A stretch of 36,379 nucleotides of DNA from Desulfobacterales bacterium (GCA_037388985.1 JARRJQ010000013.1:2300-38678); one strand, 5' to 3'; shown: positions 16,625 through 25,945, numbered from the stretch's first letter. The notes: generated from the sequence alone by a model not told the origin. A program made the numbers and translations.

Positions 16625-17012
16625 ATTGTCCGTCGTTCGTTGTCTGTTGTCCGTTGCAAGGACTTACTCAGAAAAACAAAAGCCGATCGAAAAGATCGAT
16701 TTTCCTCGCGCTGGATCGAAATCTCACATTTAGATAGTGAATATGTGGGAGACGATTCAAAGCGCTATCGAAACGAATCCGACTAGAAGCCATCTCAAAA
16801 ATGTCTTTTGGCCTCCCGCCTTTTTCGGCGGGATTGGTGCCTCGTTTCAAATCCTCGACAACCAATAGGTTGCCTGCGGTTTGAAACTCGGCCCCGCCGC
16901 GATCTTGAACCAAAATCCTATTTTTGAGATGGCTTCTAATACATGTTTCTGATCCAAGCACCCGTTAGTGTTTAGGAAATTGCTACTGACCACTAACCAC
17001 GGACAACGAACA
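16625..17012. repeat. Heptamer-arm inverted repeat (TTGTCCG/TCGTTCG words) whose loop carries MITE E16
   Basis: Left arm TTGTCCGTCGTTCGTTGTCTGTTGTCCGTTGC (16625-16656). Right arm AACCACGGACAACGAACA (16995-17012). The core GTTCGTTGTC is perfectly complementary between the arms. Confidence 0.6.
16786..16936. mobile_element. MITE-like element E16 (151 bp) with a perfect 17-bp terminal inverted repeat and TA flanks
   Basis: GAAGCCATCTCAAAAAT (16786-16802) against ATTTTTGAGATGGCTTC (16920-16936). TA at 16784-16785 and 16937-16938. Hairpin TCCCGCCTTTTTCGGCGGGA at 16814-16833. Confidence 0.6.
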
Positions 17013-17016
17013 TTCT

Positions 17017-18282
17017 TTATTCGTCCAATTTAAACAGTTTTCTGACCGTATCGATATAAAAGGATTTATTTTCACCCATAGGGTTGCGTTTCAAAAACAC
17101 GGTCGGGTCATGCATAATTTTTTTGATCAGTGATTCGGCCATTTTATGAATCGCTTCAGTGTCTTTTTCCGAGAGTGTACTGGATTGCAGGGTTTTTTGA
17201 AGTTCGGCCCAGGCAATGGATTCTATTTTATTGCGTAAAGCAATAATCGTCGGGACAACATCCAGACTCTCATACCATTCGCGGAACCGAATAACGGCCT
17301 CGTCAACGATTCGTTCCGCTTTAATGGCTTCTTTCTGGCGATCTTTGATGTTTTCATCAATGACGTCTTTTAAGTCATCAATGTCGTAAACAAAGGCGTT
17401 GGTCAAACGGTTGATTTCCGGATCAATATCCCGTGGCACGGCGATGTCGATAAAAAATAATGGCCTATTTTTCCGCTGGCGAATCACACCTTTAACCTGA
17501 TCACGGTGTATCACAAAATCAGGCGCGCCGGTTGAGCTGATGATAATGTCTACTGTTTTTAAACTTTCCGGAATTTCTTCGAAACGGATCGCCTCGCCGT
17601 CAAAATGCCTGGCCAGTGAAAGGCCGGTTTCAAAGGTGCGGTTGGCTACCCATAGCTTGCCGGATTTGTTGCGGATCAGATGCTCAACCGCCAGTTCGGC
17701 CATTTCCCCTGCGCCGATGAGCAAAACCGTTTTGCCTTCCAGTATGCCAAAAATTTTGCGAGCGAGTTCAACGGCGGCATAACTGATGGAGACCGCACTG
17801 TCGCCAATACCGGTTTCGGTGCGAACCCGTTTGGCGACAAAAAATGTGCGGTGCAGCAATCGGTTTAAAATAACACCTGAAGTTTTCTCTTCCGTAGCGG
17901 TTCGGTAGGCAGCCTTTACCTGTCCAAGGATCTGGGGCTCACCAACAACCATCGAATCCAGGCTCGAAGCAACCCGAAATATATGGCGCACTGCCTCTGA
18001 GCCTTCATGGATGTATAGGGCATCTTCAAATTGCGCCAGCGGAATTTTGTTGAATTCGGAGATAAACGCTTTGGTTTCCTCAATCGCCCGGGATATATTA
18101 TCGGCAACCAGAAGAACTTCCACCCGGTTGCAGGTTGAAAAGAGCAACGCCTCTTTAATATAAGGTTTTCGCAAAAGCGCATGCAAGGCAGATTTTGACT
18201 CATCCTCTGAAAAGGCGATACACTCCCTGACCTCAACCGGAGCGGTTTTATGGTTGATGCCGATTAGTACGATATCCAACAT
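17017..18282 (-). CDS. hemA: glutamyl-tRNA reductase
   Basis: N-terminal GINHKTAPVEVRE, the CNRVE active-site region and the NADPH motif LIGAGEMAEL. The likely start is the ATG at 18282 (MLDIVLIG) rather than the TTG at 18333. Confidence 0.9.
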   Translation of the reverse strand: MLDIVLIGINHKTAPVEVRECIAFSEDESKSALHALLRKPYIKEALLFSTCNRVEVLLVADNISRAIEETKAFISEFNKIPLAQFEDALYIHEGSEAVRHIFRVASSLDSMVVGEPQILGQVKAAYRTATEEKTSGVILNRLLHRTFFVAKRVRTETGIGDSAVSISYAAVELARKIFGILEGKTVLLIGAGEMAELAVEHLIRNKSGKLWVANRTFETGLSLARHFDGEAIRFEEIPESLKTVDIIISSTGAPDFVIHRDQVKGVIRQRKNRPLFFIDIAVPRDIDPEINRLTNAFVYDIDDLKDVIDENIKDRQKEAIKAERIVDEAVIRFREWYESLDVVPTIIALRNKIESIAWAELQKTLQSSTLSEKDTEAIHKMAESLIKKIMHDPTVFLKRNPMGENKSFYIDTVRKLFKLDE

Positions 18283-18360
18283 AGCTTGATTTGTTCCAAT
18301 AATGGCTGCTCGAGAGGTTTTCTTAAGCAACAAACTTTTTGGCCGCTTTTAGCATAGCAC

Positions 18361-18493
18361 AAATTCGAAATTCGAATATCGAAGCACGAAACAAATTCGA
18401 ATATCAAATGATCAAAATTTTAAAATGTTTAAAACATTCGGATTTAAGATTTTGAAAATTGTTTCGAATTTCGAGTTTCGGATTTAGGATTTT
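18361..18493. repeat. Heptamer-arm inverted repeat (AAATTCG words)
   Basis: AAATTCGAAATTCGAATATCGAAGCACGAAACAAATTCG (from 18361) against TTGTTTCGAATTTCGAGTTTCGGATTT (18459-18485). The centre holds the palindrome AATGTTTAAAACATT. Confidence 0.6.
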
Positions 18494-18547
18494 TACACAG
18501 GCAAAGTTCAAGCGCGCTAATTGTTAGGATGTACCGTTCTTATGATC

Positions 18548-19369
18548 CTAAAACCGCGTAAATTCCACGTGGTGTCCTTTCAATAGGAGATTTACGCCTA
18601 AGAAGGTGAATATCAGGACGGCAAAGCCGATAATCGCCATAATGGCCGAGCGCCGTCCCCGCCACCCAACCGTCAGTCTTTCATGCAGCAGCGCCGCATA
18701 AAACAGCCAGGTGATGCCGGACCAAACCTCCTTGGGATCCCAGCGCCAAAAATGACCCCAGACCGCTTTGGCGTAAACGAAGCCGGTTATCAGCCCTAAG
18801 GTGAGCAGGGTAAATCCGATAACGATGCAGATGTATCCCGTATTGTCCAACAATTCTAAAGACGGCAGGCGTTTGAAAAAGAATCGATGTTTCTTGGCCT
18901 TGATTTCGTGTTCTTGAAGCAAATACAACACACCCAGCCCGCAGGCTAAAGCGAATGCGGCCTCACCGATGAAAATGACCGTCACGTGACTCACCAGCCA
19001 GAAGCTTTTAAAAATTTCTGTCACTTGGGTGGGTTCATCGGGAAGCCGGGAGACGATCAGCATGATTAGCGCCAGGATGGGTGCGGCAAATATCCCCAGA
19101 ATTTTTAAATGAACCTTAAATTGAATGAGCAGAAACACCACTGCAATCGCCCAACCGGCAAAGGATAATGTCTCATGCATGTTGCTGACCGGCAGATGTC
19201 CGGCCTTGATGTACCCGTAAACAATGGTCAGAGTGTGGAATAGAAACCCGACCAGCAGCAAAAACAAGGCGGTGCGTTGCAGATAGTCTTTCTGAATAAA
19301 CAGGTATGCGAAATAGCCGACGGTGCTCAGCAAGTAAAGTAAAATGCTAATGAAGATGATCGATTCCAT
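18548..19369 (-). CDS. ccsA: cytochrome c assembly protein (CcsA/ResC/HemX-like)
   Basis: 273-aa polytopic protein with the tryptophan-rich motif WGHFWRWDPKEVW. It sits between the sirC-like gene and hemA. Confidence 0.8.
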   Translation of the reverse strand: MESIIFISILLYLLSTVGYFAYLFIQKDYLQRTALFLLLVGFLFHTLTIVYGYIKAGHLPVSNMHETLSFAGWAIAVVFLLIQFKVHLKILGIFAAPILALIMLIVSRLPDEPTQVTEIFKSFWLVSHVTVIFIGEAAFALACGLGVLYLLQEHEIKAKKHRFFFKRLPSLELLDNTGYICIVIGFTLLTLGLITGFVYAKAVWGHFWRWDPKEVWSGITWLFYAALLHERLTVGWRGRRSAIMAIIGFAVLIFTFLGVNLLLKGHHVEFTRF

Positions 19370-19384
19370 TAATACTCCAGTTAG

Positions 19385-19485
19385 GGTTTGCCGCTTTCCG
19401 GTTTAGCCGGTTGCGCCGGTTTAAATTGAGGAGGAACTTGATTATATTTTTTTACCCGGCAAACGGGCTCAACGGGCAACGGGCC
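19385..19485. repeat. Weak heptamer-type tracts flanking the ccsA ribosome-binding region
   Basis: GGTTTGCCGCTTTCCGGTTTAGCCGGTTGCGCCGG against CCCGGCAAACGGGCTCAACGGGCAACGGGCC. Only about 8 bp (GTTTGCCG/CGGCAAAC) are clearly complementary. Confidence 0.3.
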
Positions 19486-20153
19486 TAATCTGTTTCAGCT
19501 GACAATAATTCTTCAACCCTATATCCCTCTCCCAATATTTTATAAAGAAGTAAATTTAGCTCCTTTCTTTGACCGCTGCGCAATAGCTCAATAAGGTCGC
19601 TGTCTATCAATTGATTAAATAAGGCTTTATGCGCCTCCGGTTCATGGGCTCTACTCAGCAACTTTTTGCGGATGGCTCCCATTAAAAGCAGAAAATCCGC
19701 ATATTCTTCACCGAATTGGGCCTCTATTTTTCGGCGTAACCGTTTTGCCAGGGCCGGACTTTGACCGGAAGTCGAAATCGTAATGACCAAATCTCCGCGT
19801 TGTACAATAGAAGGCAGGACAAAGTTGCAAGCTTCCGGACGATCGGCAATATTGCACAGGATGCCGATTTGCCCGGCATCCTCGCTGATTTGATGATTCA
19901 GCTTTTCATCATCTGTGGCTCCGATGACCAGAAACATGTCTTTCAAATCGGCGCTTCGGTAAATCCGTTCTCTTAGGGTAATGGACCCCTCTTCATCCAG
20001 TTTTTTTAGCTGCTGGGTCGGAGCAGGACTGACGACTGTAACTCTGGCGCCGCACGTTAAAAGAGTATTTACCTTGCGGGTGCCCACCGCCCCTCCCCCC
20101 ACGACCAGACAGTTGCGGCTTTTAATATCCAAATGGATGGGGTAGTACTTCAT
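19485..20153 (-). CDS. precorrin-2 dehydrogenase / sirohydrochlorin ferrochelatase (siroheme synthase N-terminal type)
   Basis: Rossmann motif LVVGGGAVGTRK and 222 aa, the typical SirC/Met8 size. It lies in a heme gene context. Confidence 0.8.
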   Translation of the reverse strand: MKYYPIHLDIKSRNCLVVGGGAVGTRKVNTLLTCGARVTVVSPAPTQQLKKLDEEGSITLRERIYRSADLKDMFLVIGATDDEKLNHQISEDAGQIGILCNIADRPEACNFVLPSIVQRGDLVITISTSGQSPALAKRLRRKIEAQFGEEYADFLLLMGAIRKKLLSRAHEPEAHKALFNQLIDSDLIELLRSGQRKELNLLLYKILGEGYRVEELLSAETD

Positions 20154-20264
20154 GATTTGTCTAAAACGTTTTATGGGTCTTATTGGTTTGATTGGTCATG
20201 AAAAATCTAATTTATTTGGCTTATTGTATACATATTTAAAACAAATTAAACGAATTTAACCAAT

Positions 20265-21053
20265 TCAACAGAGCTTTATTTGCATCAAATCTTCAGCCAA
20301 GATTAACGGGCCGGAAAATGTTTTACGGCATTCGGCCGCAATGTCTTCATTGTCGCATTGCGGATAAAAATGGGTTAAGACCAGCTGGCGGACAGCGGCT
20401 TTGGTCGCCAGATCGCCTGCTAATGATGGTGTCAGGTGTCCTTTTACCCTGAACCTATCAGGCAAGGCACACTCACAGATCAACAAATCTGTATTTTTGG
20501 CCAGATCAATGATTGTTTCACTGTAATCGGTATCGCCTGTGTACACGACGGAATCGCCACCGGGGCCGGTTACCCGATAGGCAATGCTTTCCGGGTTGTG
20601 CGCAACCGGCGCGGTTTTTACCGTGAAATTTTCGAATTGCCGAAAATCAGTTCTTTGGTTGTCAAATTCGATGATATTCATCTGCTGGGGGGCAAGTTCG
20701 ATCCAGCGGCCATATGCGGTTTTCAATCCTTTGTAAAAATCCAGAAATCCCCAGCCACCGGCAACCGTCAAAGGGCTTGTTCGGCGATTATTTTCCGGGT
20801 ATTTAGTGGCAAATATAATCGGGACGAATTCGCCGCTGTGGTCGGGATGTAAATGACTGTAAAAAATGTGCGATAGTTCAAAAATGGTGGTGCGGGCTTC
20901 CAGAAGCCGCCGTATGGTCCCGGGGCCGGAATCAAATAATAATTTTGAAGTACCCACTTTCATCAAGACCGAGCACGAACTACGCTTTAGCGATGGCACA
21001 CAGGTTCCGGAACCCAGGATAGTCACGCTTATGCCGGGTTTGCTTTCCATCAT
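20265..21053 (-). CDS. MBL-fold metallo-hydrolase (RNase Z-like)
   Basis: HLHPDHSGE (HxHxDH) motif. 262 aa. Confidence 0.8.
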   Translation of the reverse strand: MMESKPGISVTILGSGTCVPSLKRSSCSVLMKVGTSKLLFDSGPGTIRRLLEARTTIFELSHIFYSHLHPDHSGEFVPIIFATKYPENNRRTSPLTVAGGWGFLDFYKGLKTAYGRWIELAPQQMNIIEFDNQRTDFRQFENFTVKTAPVAHNPESIAYRVTGPGGDSVVYTGDTDYSETIIDLAKNTDLLICECALPDRFRVKGHLTPSLAGDLATKAAVRQLVLTHFYPQCDNEDIAAECRKTFSGPLILAEDLMQIKLC

Positions 21054-21109
21054 AACTTAAGACCGGATATAATTTAATTAAATTCTTTTATGAGCTAGGT
21101 AAGGCTTAA

Positions 21110-21274
21110 AAATAAGTGACCTAAAGTGACAAGTGATCTAAAGTGACTAAAGTTAAGGAATCGGGTCATTTTTATAAAAAAGATGGAGCGTTAAGCGGCG
21201 CAAGCTCCTGCGCTGCTTGAGCGACTCTTGAACTTTAGTCACTTCAAACTTTAGTTCACTTTAGTCACTTATTT
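21110..21274. repeat. Inverted repeat with TAAAGTGAC-type word arms; homolog of the 35786-35903 element
   Basis: AAATAAGTGACCTAAAGTGACAAGTGATCTAAAGTGACTAAAGTT (21110-21154) against AACTTTAGTCACTTCAAACTTTAGTTCACTTTAGTCACTTATTT (21231-21274). The loop contains AAAAGATGGAGC (21177-21188). Confidence 0.7.
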
Positions 21275-21283
21275 ACCTTAACG

Positions 21284-22279
21284 CTACTTGGGTTCCACCC
21301 TTCGGGCAGTCCTTCCGATAATCCATGACTGCAGTTTCTTGTCATCCCGTATATCGATGTCTGCCTGTTCTTTGAGATCATTTATCGAAATTTCTGCTCT
21401 GGCCATGTTTTTATGGCCGCCGGCGTTTCCCAATTTCCCAAACCCTTCTTTGGCAACCTTGCCTGCGTTTTTTCGGATACCGTCGTTGCGGAAAATAATA
21501 ATTAGCTTCTTATCACAGATTCCGGAGACGATACTCCAGGTGACGGTATTGACGCGCATAAAAAAATCGGCAATTATCACACAAATATCCGGATTAACCA
21601 CGTTACCCAGATGGATGTAAACCTTGCCCTTTCGCTGCCGCATATTTTGCAAGGCGAATTTAAAATATTTTAAGAGGTCAAATCGAAGATCGGCCTGCTC
21701 AATCTTGCGGGCGAGATGGATGTTGGCATGGCGAAATAAGTATTGAAATGCGCGGACATCTTCAATCTGGGTTTGTCCTTTAAAATCATTGGTATCCGTT
21801 TTGATACCATGGTAAAGGCCGGTAGCCAGTTTGGCAGATGGCTTTATTTTTGCTGCTCGCAGGTATTCGGTCAAAATGGTGGAAGTGGCACCGTACTGGG
21901 GTCGGATATCGACAAATGGTGCTTTGGAACCGGAATCCGGGTGGTGGTCGATTATGACATGCGGGTTCAGCTGAGCCATTTGTTCATTATGGTCTGGCTG
22001 GGAATCCACGATCACAATCCGGCTGAATTGATCTATTTGAATCTGTTCAAAAGGAACCATGGTTACGTCTAGGAGTCGGATCATGGTCAGATTGTCCGGC
22101 CGGTTGATGATATTGATGTGGGTAATCGTCACGTTCAGCACTTTGCGCCACAGCAAGCGACTGACGGCCATTGCACTGGCGATCGCATCCGGATCGGCAT
22201 TAATCACAACCACCACGTGATCGTTACCTGAAAACTGATCGTAAAATCGACGTAATTTTTCTGGAAGCGATTGTTTCAT
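21284..22279 (-). CDS. DHH-family phosphoesterase (NrnA-like)
   Basis: Motifs INADPDAIASAMA, VDSQP, IIDHHP and a C-terminal GGHKNMA (DHHA1). Confidence 0.8.
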   Translation of the reverse strand: MKQSLPEKLRRFYDQFSGNDHVVVVINADPDAIASAMAVSRLLWRKVLNVTITHINIINRPDNLTMIRLLDVTMVPFEQIQIDQFSRIVIVDSQPDHNEQMAQLNPHVIIDHHPDSGSKAPFVDIRPQYGATSTILTEYLRAAKIKPSAKLATGLYHGIKTDTNDFKGQTQIEDVRAFQYLFRHANIHLARKIEQADLRFDLLKYFKFALQNMRQRKGKVYIHLGNVVNPDICVIIADFFMRVNTVTWSIVSGICDKKLIIIFRNDGIRKNAGKVAKEGFGKLGNAGGHKNMARAEISINDLKEQADIDIRDDKKLQSWIIGRTARRVEPK

Positions 22280-22340
22280 AAGAATTTGATATCCTGAAAT
22301 AAACGTCAGGATATTACGCCGTGTTAGCTGAGATTACAAT

Positions 22341-22371
22341 AAAAAACAAAAACCCGGCTCTTAAGGCCGGG
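22341..22371 (-). terminator. Rho-independent terminator of clpB
   Basis: Stem CCCGGC/GCCGGG (22353-22358 with 22366-22371) with a 7-nt loop. On the minus strand it is followed by UUUUUGUUUUUU. It lies 23 nt past the clpB stop. Confidence 0.6.
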
Positions 22372-22393
22372 CATGTTTCATTTAAATCGACAT

Positions 22394-24982
22394 CTATACC
22401 GTTTTAAATACGATTTTATCCCCCTCGGCTTCTGCGCTCACCCGGGCGCCATCAGGAATTCTGCCGCCAAGGATTTCCAGTGATAACGGATTTTCGATGT
22501 ATTGCTGGATCACCCGTTTTAAAGGTCGCGCACCATAGACCGCATCATAACCTTGCCTGGCAAGCAACGCCTTGGCGCTGTCGGATAATATAAGATCGAT
22601 ATTTCTGTCGGCAAGCCGTCGGCCTAATCTGTCGATCTGAATGTCCACGATCTTTACGATATCATCGAGCGTCAGGTTCTGGAATATGATGATTTCATCG
22701 ATGCGGTTTAAGAATTCCGGCTTAAAATTCGCTCGCAGGGCATCGGTTACCCGCTTTTCCATTTCCTGACGGTCAGCGCCTGCCAGTTCTTGAATCCACT
22801 GGCTGCCCACATTGGAGGTCATAATGACAATCGTATTTTTAAAATCAACGGTTCGGCCGTGGCCGTCGGTCATGCGGCCGTCATCCAGGATTTGCAACAT
22901 GATATTGAATACTTCCGGGTGAGCTTTTTCGATTTCGTCAAATAGAACCACCGAATACGGCCGGCGGCGAACCGCTTCGGTCAGGTAACCGCCTTCCTCG
23001 TAACCGACATACCCCGGTGGAGCGCCGATCAGCCGGGCAACTGAATGTTTTTCCATATACTCGGACATATCAATGCGAACGATAGCCTGTTCGCTGTCAA
23101 AGATAAATTCGGCCAGTGCTTTCGCCAGCTCAGTTTTTCCGACCCCGGTAGGCCCCATAAAAATAAATGATCCAATCGGCCGGTTAGGATCTTGCAGGCC
23201 GGAGCGAGCCCGGCGGACGGCATTGGCTACCGCCGATACGGCTTCGTCCTGCCCGATAACCCGCCGATGCAGCCGATCTTCCATACGCAGCAGTTTATCC
23301 CGTTCACCTTCCAGCATTTTGCTGACCGGAATCCCGGTCCAGCGGGAGACGACTTCTGCGACATCCTCATCATCGACTTCTTCTTTAAGCATTTTGCTGG
23401 ATTGCTGAAGCTCTGAAAGCTTTTGGTTGGCTTCTTCCAGCCGCTTTTGCAACTCCAGAGCTTTGCCGTATCGAATTTCAGCTACCCTGGCTAAATTGCC
23501 TTCGCGTTCGGCCAACTGGGCTTCGGTGTTCAATTGCTCCTGATCCTCCTTGATCTTGCGAATCGTCTGGATCAGATCTTTTTCATTTTGCCAGTGGCCT
23601 TTCATTTTCATCAACTCGTCATTCATATCGGCCAATTCAGCTTCCAATTTCTTGAGGCGTTCTTTAGCGGCCGGATCCGTTTCCTTTTTCAGCGCCTGAC
23701 GTTCGATTTCAGATTGGGTGATTTTGCGCTGAATTTCGTCAATTTCCGCCGGCATGCTGTCAATTTCAATTCTCAACTTGGAAGCACATTCGTCAATAAG
23801 ATCAATGGCTTTATCCGGCAAAAAGCGATCGGCAATATAACGATGGGAAAGGGTGGCAGCCGCCACAATCGCTGAATCTTTTATGCGAACACCGTGGTGA
23901 ACCTCGTATTTTTCTTTCAACCCGCGCAAAATGGATATGGTATCTTCCACGGTGGGTTCACCTACGAAAACGGGCTGAAATCGACGTTCCAGAGCGGCAT
24001 CTTTTTCAATATATTTGCGATATTCGTTGAGCGTGGTAGCTCCCACGCATCTTAGCGTGCCCCGCGCCAGGGCGGGTTTGAGCATATTGGATGCGTCCAC
24101 CGCGCCTTCGGCGGCTCCGGCACCCACCACGGTATGAAGCTCATCGATAAACAGGATAATTTCCCCCTCGGCGGTTTCGACTTCTTTGAGTACCGCCTTA
24201 AGCCGGTCTTCAAACTCGCCGCGATATTTCGCGCCGGCGATCAGGGCCCCCATATCAAGGGCCACCAGGCGACGATTTTTCAGAGTTTCGGAAACATCTC
24301 CTTCTACAATTCGCTGGGCCAGACCTTCGACAATGGCGGTTTTTCCGACACCTGGTTCTCCGATCAAAACCGGATTGTTTTTCGTTCGCCTGGAAAGCAC
24401 CTGGACGATTCTTCGGATTTCGTCATCCCGGCCGATCACAGGATCCAATTTGCCCAAACGGGCCAGATCCGTCAAATTACGGCTAAATTTTTCCAGAGCC
24501 TGATATTTTTCTTCCGGATTCGGGTCGGTGATGCGCTGGTTTCCCCGAATTTCGATCAGCGCTTTTAAAATGGCTTCACGCGTTATACCGTTGCCGGTCA
24601 GAATACGAGCCGCTTCACCACCTTTTTTATCGCACAAGGCTAAAAGAATGTGCTCGATGCTGACATATTCGTCTTTCATATTGGTGGCTTCGGCAAATGC
24701 CTGTTCCAGTACCGTTTTGGTTCTAGGCGAAATGTAAACCTCTCCCATTCCGGTCCCGCTGACGCTCGGAAGTTTGGCGACTGCCGCATCTGCTTTTTGA
24801 GCAACTTCAGCAGGCGAGACACCTAATTTGCGAAGCATGGCACCGGCGATACCATCGGCCTGACCAAGCATTGCGGCCAGCAGGTGTTCGGGCTCGATCT
24901 GCTGATTATTGCGCTGCGAGGCCAGCGACTGGGCACTCTGTATAAGTTCTTGAGATTTTATGGTAAATTTATCAAAACGCAT
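22394..24982 (-). CDS. clpB: ATP-dependent chaperone ClpB
   Basis: 862 aa with two AAA+ modules ([18 protein letters not shown]), a long middle coiled-coil and a Clp N-domain. Confidence 0.95.
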   Translation of the reverse strand: MRFDKFTIKSQELIQSAQSLASQRNNQQIEPEHLLAAMLGQADGIAGAMLRKLGVSPAEVAQKADAAVAKLPSVSGTGMGEVYISPRTKTVLEQAFAEATNMKDEYVSIEHILLALCDKKGGEAARILTGNGITREAILKALIEIRGNQRITDPNPEEKYQALEKFSRNLTDLARLGKLDPVIGRDDEIRRIVQVLSRRTKNNPVLIGEPGVGKTAIVEGLAQRIVEGDVSETLKNRRLVALDMGALIAGAKYRGEFEDRLKAVLKEVETAEGEIILFIDELHTVVGAGAAEGAVDASNMLKPALARGTLRCVGATTLNEYRKYIEKDAALERRFQPVFVGEPTVEDTISILRGLKEKYEVHHGVRIKDSAIVAAATLSHRYIADRFLPDKAIDLIDECASKLRIEIDSMPAEIDEIQRKITQSEIERQALKKETDPAAKERLKKLEAELADMNDELMKMKGHWQNEKDLIQTIRKIKEDQEQLNTEAQLAEREGNLARVAEIRYGKALELQKRLEEANQKLSELQQSSKMLKEEVDDEDVAEVVSRWTGIPVSKMLEGERDKLLRMEDRLHRRVIGQDEAVSAVANAVRRARSGLQDPNRPIGSFIFMGPTGVGKTELAKALAEFIFDSEQAIVRIDMSEYMEKHSVARLIGAPPGYVGYEEGGYLTEAVRRRPYSVVLFDEIEKAHPEVFNIMLQILDDGRMTDGHGRTVDFKNTIVIMTSNVGSQWIQELAGADRQEMEKRVTDALRANFKPEFLNRIDEIIIFQNLTLDDIVKIVDIQIDRLGRRLADRNIDLILSDSAKALLARQGYDAVYGARPLKRVIQQYIENPLSLEILGGRIPDGARVSAEAEGDKIVFKTV

Positions 24983-25025
24983 CTGTCCTTCATCCTTTCT
25001 GGAATAAAAGATTTATTATTAATCT

Positions 25026-25069
25026 ATAATAATCACATTACTTTAAATGTCAATTATCCTAAAGTAATG
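25026..25069 (-). promoter_or_regulatory. Candidate sigma70-type clpB promoter with an overlapping 10-bp perfect inverted repeat
   Basis: On the minus strand: TTGACA (25053-25048), a 16-nt spacer, then TATTAT (25031-25026). The inverted repeat CATTACTTTA (25036-25045) / TAAAGTAATG (25060-25069) brackets the -35 box. Confidence 0.4.
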
Positions 25070-25144
25070 AACACTAAATTTTGAGCAATTCCAAAAAGCG
25101 CAGCGCTTTTCCTTAGTCTTATACTCGAATTGCCTGATGCCGAC

Positions 25145-25183
25145 AAGCCGGTTGGAGTCAGACGTAAATCCCGATTTATCGGA
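25145..25183 (+). repeat. Bipartite 39-40-nt repeat, copy A
   Basis: AAGCCGGTTGGAG-N7-TAAATCCCGATTTATCGG. It matches the reverse complement of 27149-27188 over blocks of 13 and 18 nt. Confidence 0.6.
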
Positions 25184-25285
25184 GGCCTAAAAAATAAAAA
25201 TTTAGCCCCGAAAACAGAAAAATGAAAGAGTATAAATTTCATGCTTTCCAGATTTCGGGTTTTTGGGTTGAAATGATCCAGCAGC

Positions 25286-25798
25286 TTAAACACTCCAGGC
25301 ATGAAAGCGCGGCATTGACCTCAAACTTTCATAGAGGGCAATACCGGCAGCCGTGGAAAGGTTCAATGACCGTATATCTTTAGTAATGGGAATATGATAG
25401 GTAGCGTCCGGATATCGGTTCAGGATATCTGAGGGAAGCCCACGGGTCTCAGAGCCAAAGATTAAAAAAAGTCGTGCTGGTGAAGGCATGTCCCAGAAAG
25501 GTCGGGCTCCGGTTTTTGAAAAGATGGCTACTTCATTTTGAGCGGGCTTTAATTTTGAGTGAAATTGATCAAAATCCTTCCAGACATTGAGCTTTACCCG
25601 CTCCCAATAATCCAAACCTGCCCGCTTAATTTCTTTGCTTTCCAGTGAAAACCCCAATGGTTGGATCAAATGCAGAGAGGATCCAGTAGCCACACACGTT
25701 CGGCCGATGTTGCCCGTGTTCCAGTGAATTTCCGGTGATACCAGAATGATGTGCCTTTCAAGGAGGAGGTTCCCTGCATTTTCTAGGTTTTGATTCAC
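25286..25798 (-). CDS. trmL: tRNA (cytidine/uridine-2'-O)-methyltransferase TrmL (SpoU family)
   Basis: NTGNIGRTC, the LIFGSETRGLP region and a C-terminal SLNLSTAAGIALYE motif. GTG start. Confidence 0.8.
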   Translation of the reverse strand: MNQNLENAGNLLLERHIILVSPEIHWNTGNIGRTCVATGSSLHLIQPLGFSLESKEIKRAGLDYWERVKLNVWKDFDQFHSKLKPAQNEVAIFSKTGARPFWDMPSPARLFLIFGSETRGLPSDILNRYPDATYHIPITKDIRSLNLSTAAGIALYESLRSMPRFHAWSV

Positions 25799-25825
25799 CC
25801 CGATTGTTCCAATTTCAGCATCAAT

Positions 25826-25941
25826 GGGTTTCAGTGTTCAGGTGTCAGAAAACAGAAGACAACGAACGTTGGACAGAACCTGATAACACCATAAGTCTTA
25901 AGGCTCGAACTGCTGACACCCGAAACCTGACACCTGAAACC
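25826..25941. repeat. Heptamer-arm hairpin (GTGTCAG/TGTTCAG words), copy 1, just 3' of the zinc-ribbon gene
   Basis: GGGTTTCAGTGTTCAGGTGTCAG (25826-25848) against CTGACACCCGAAACCTGACACCTGAAACC (25913-25941). The loop contains GACAACGAACG words like the 16625 element. Confidence 0.7.
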
Positions 25942-25945
25942 AAAA

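Noticed and set aside
16668-16961. 97-aa ORF on the minus strand between fabD and hemA
   Set aside because: It reads straight through MITE E16, including both terminal inverted repeats and the internal hairpin. It has no RBS and a repeat-derived composition, so it is most likely spurious.
25054-25302. 82-aa minus-strand ORF in the clpB-trmL spacer
   Set aside because: It overlaps the predicted clpB promoter, bipartite repeat copy A and the trmL 3' end. It has no RBS and its translation is low-complexity.
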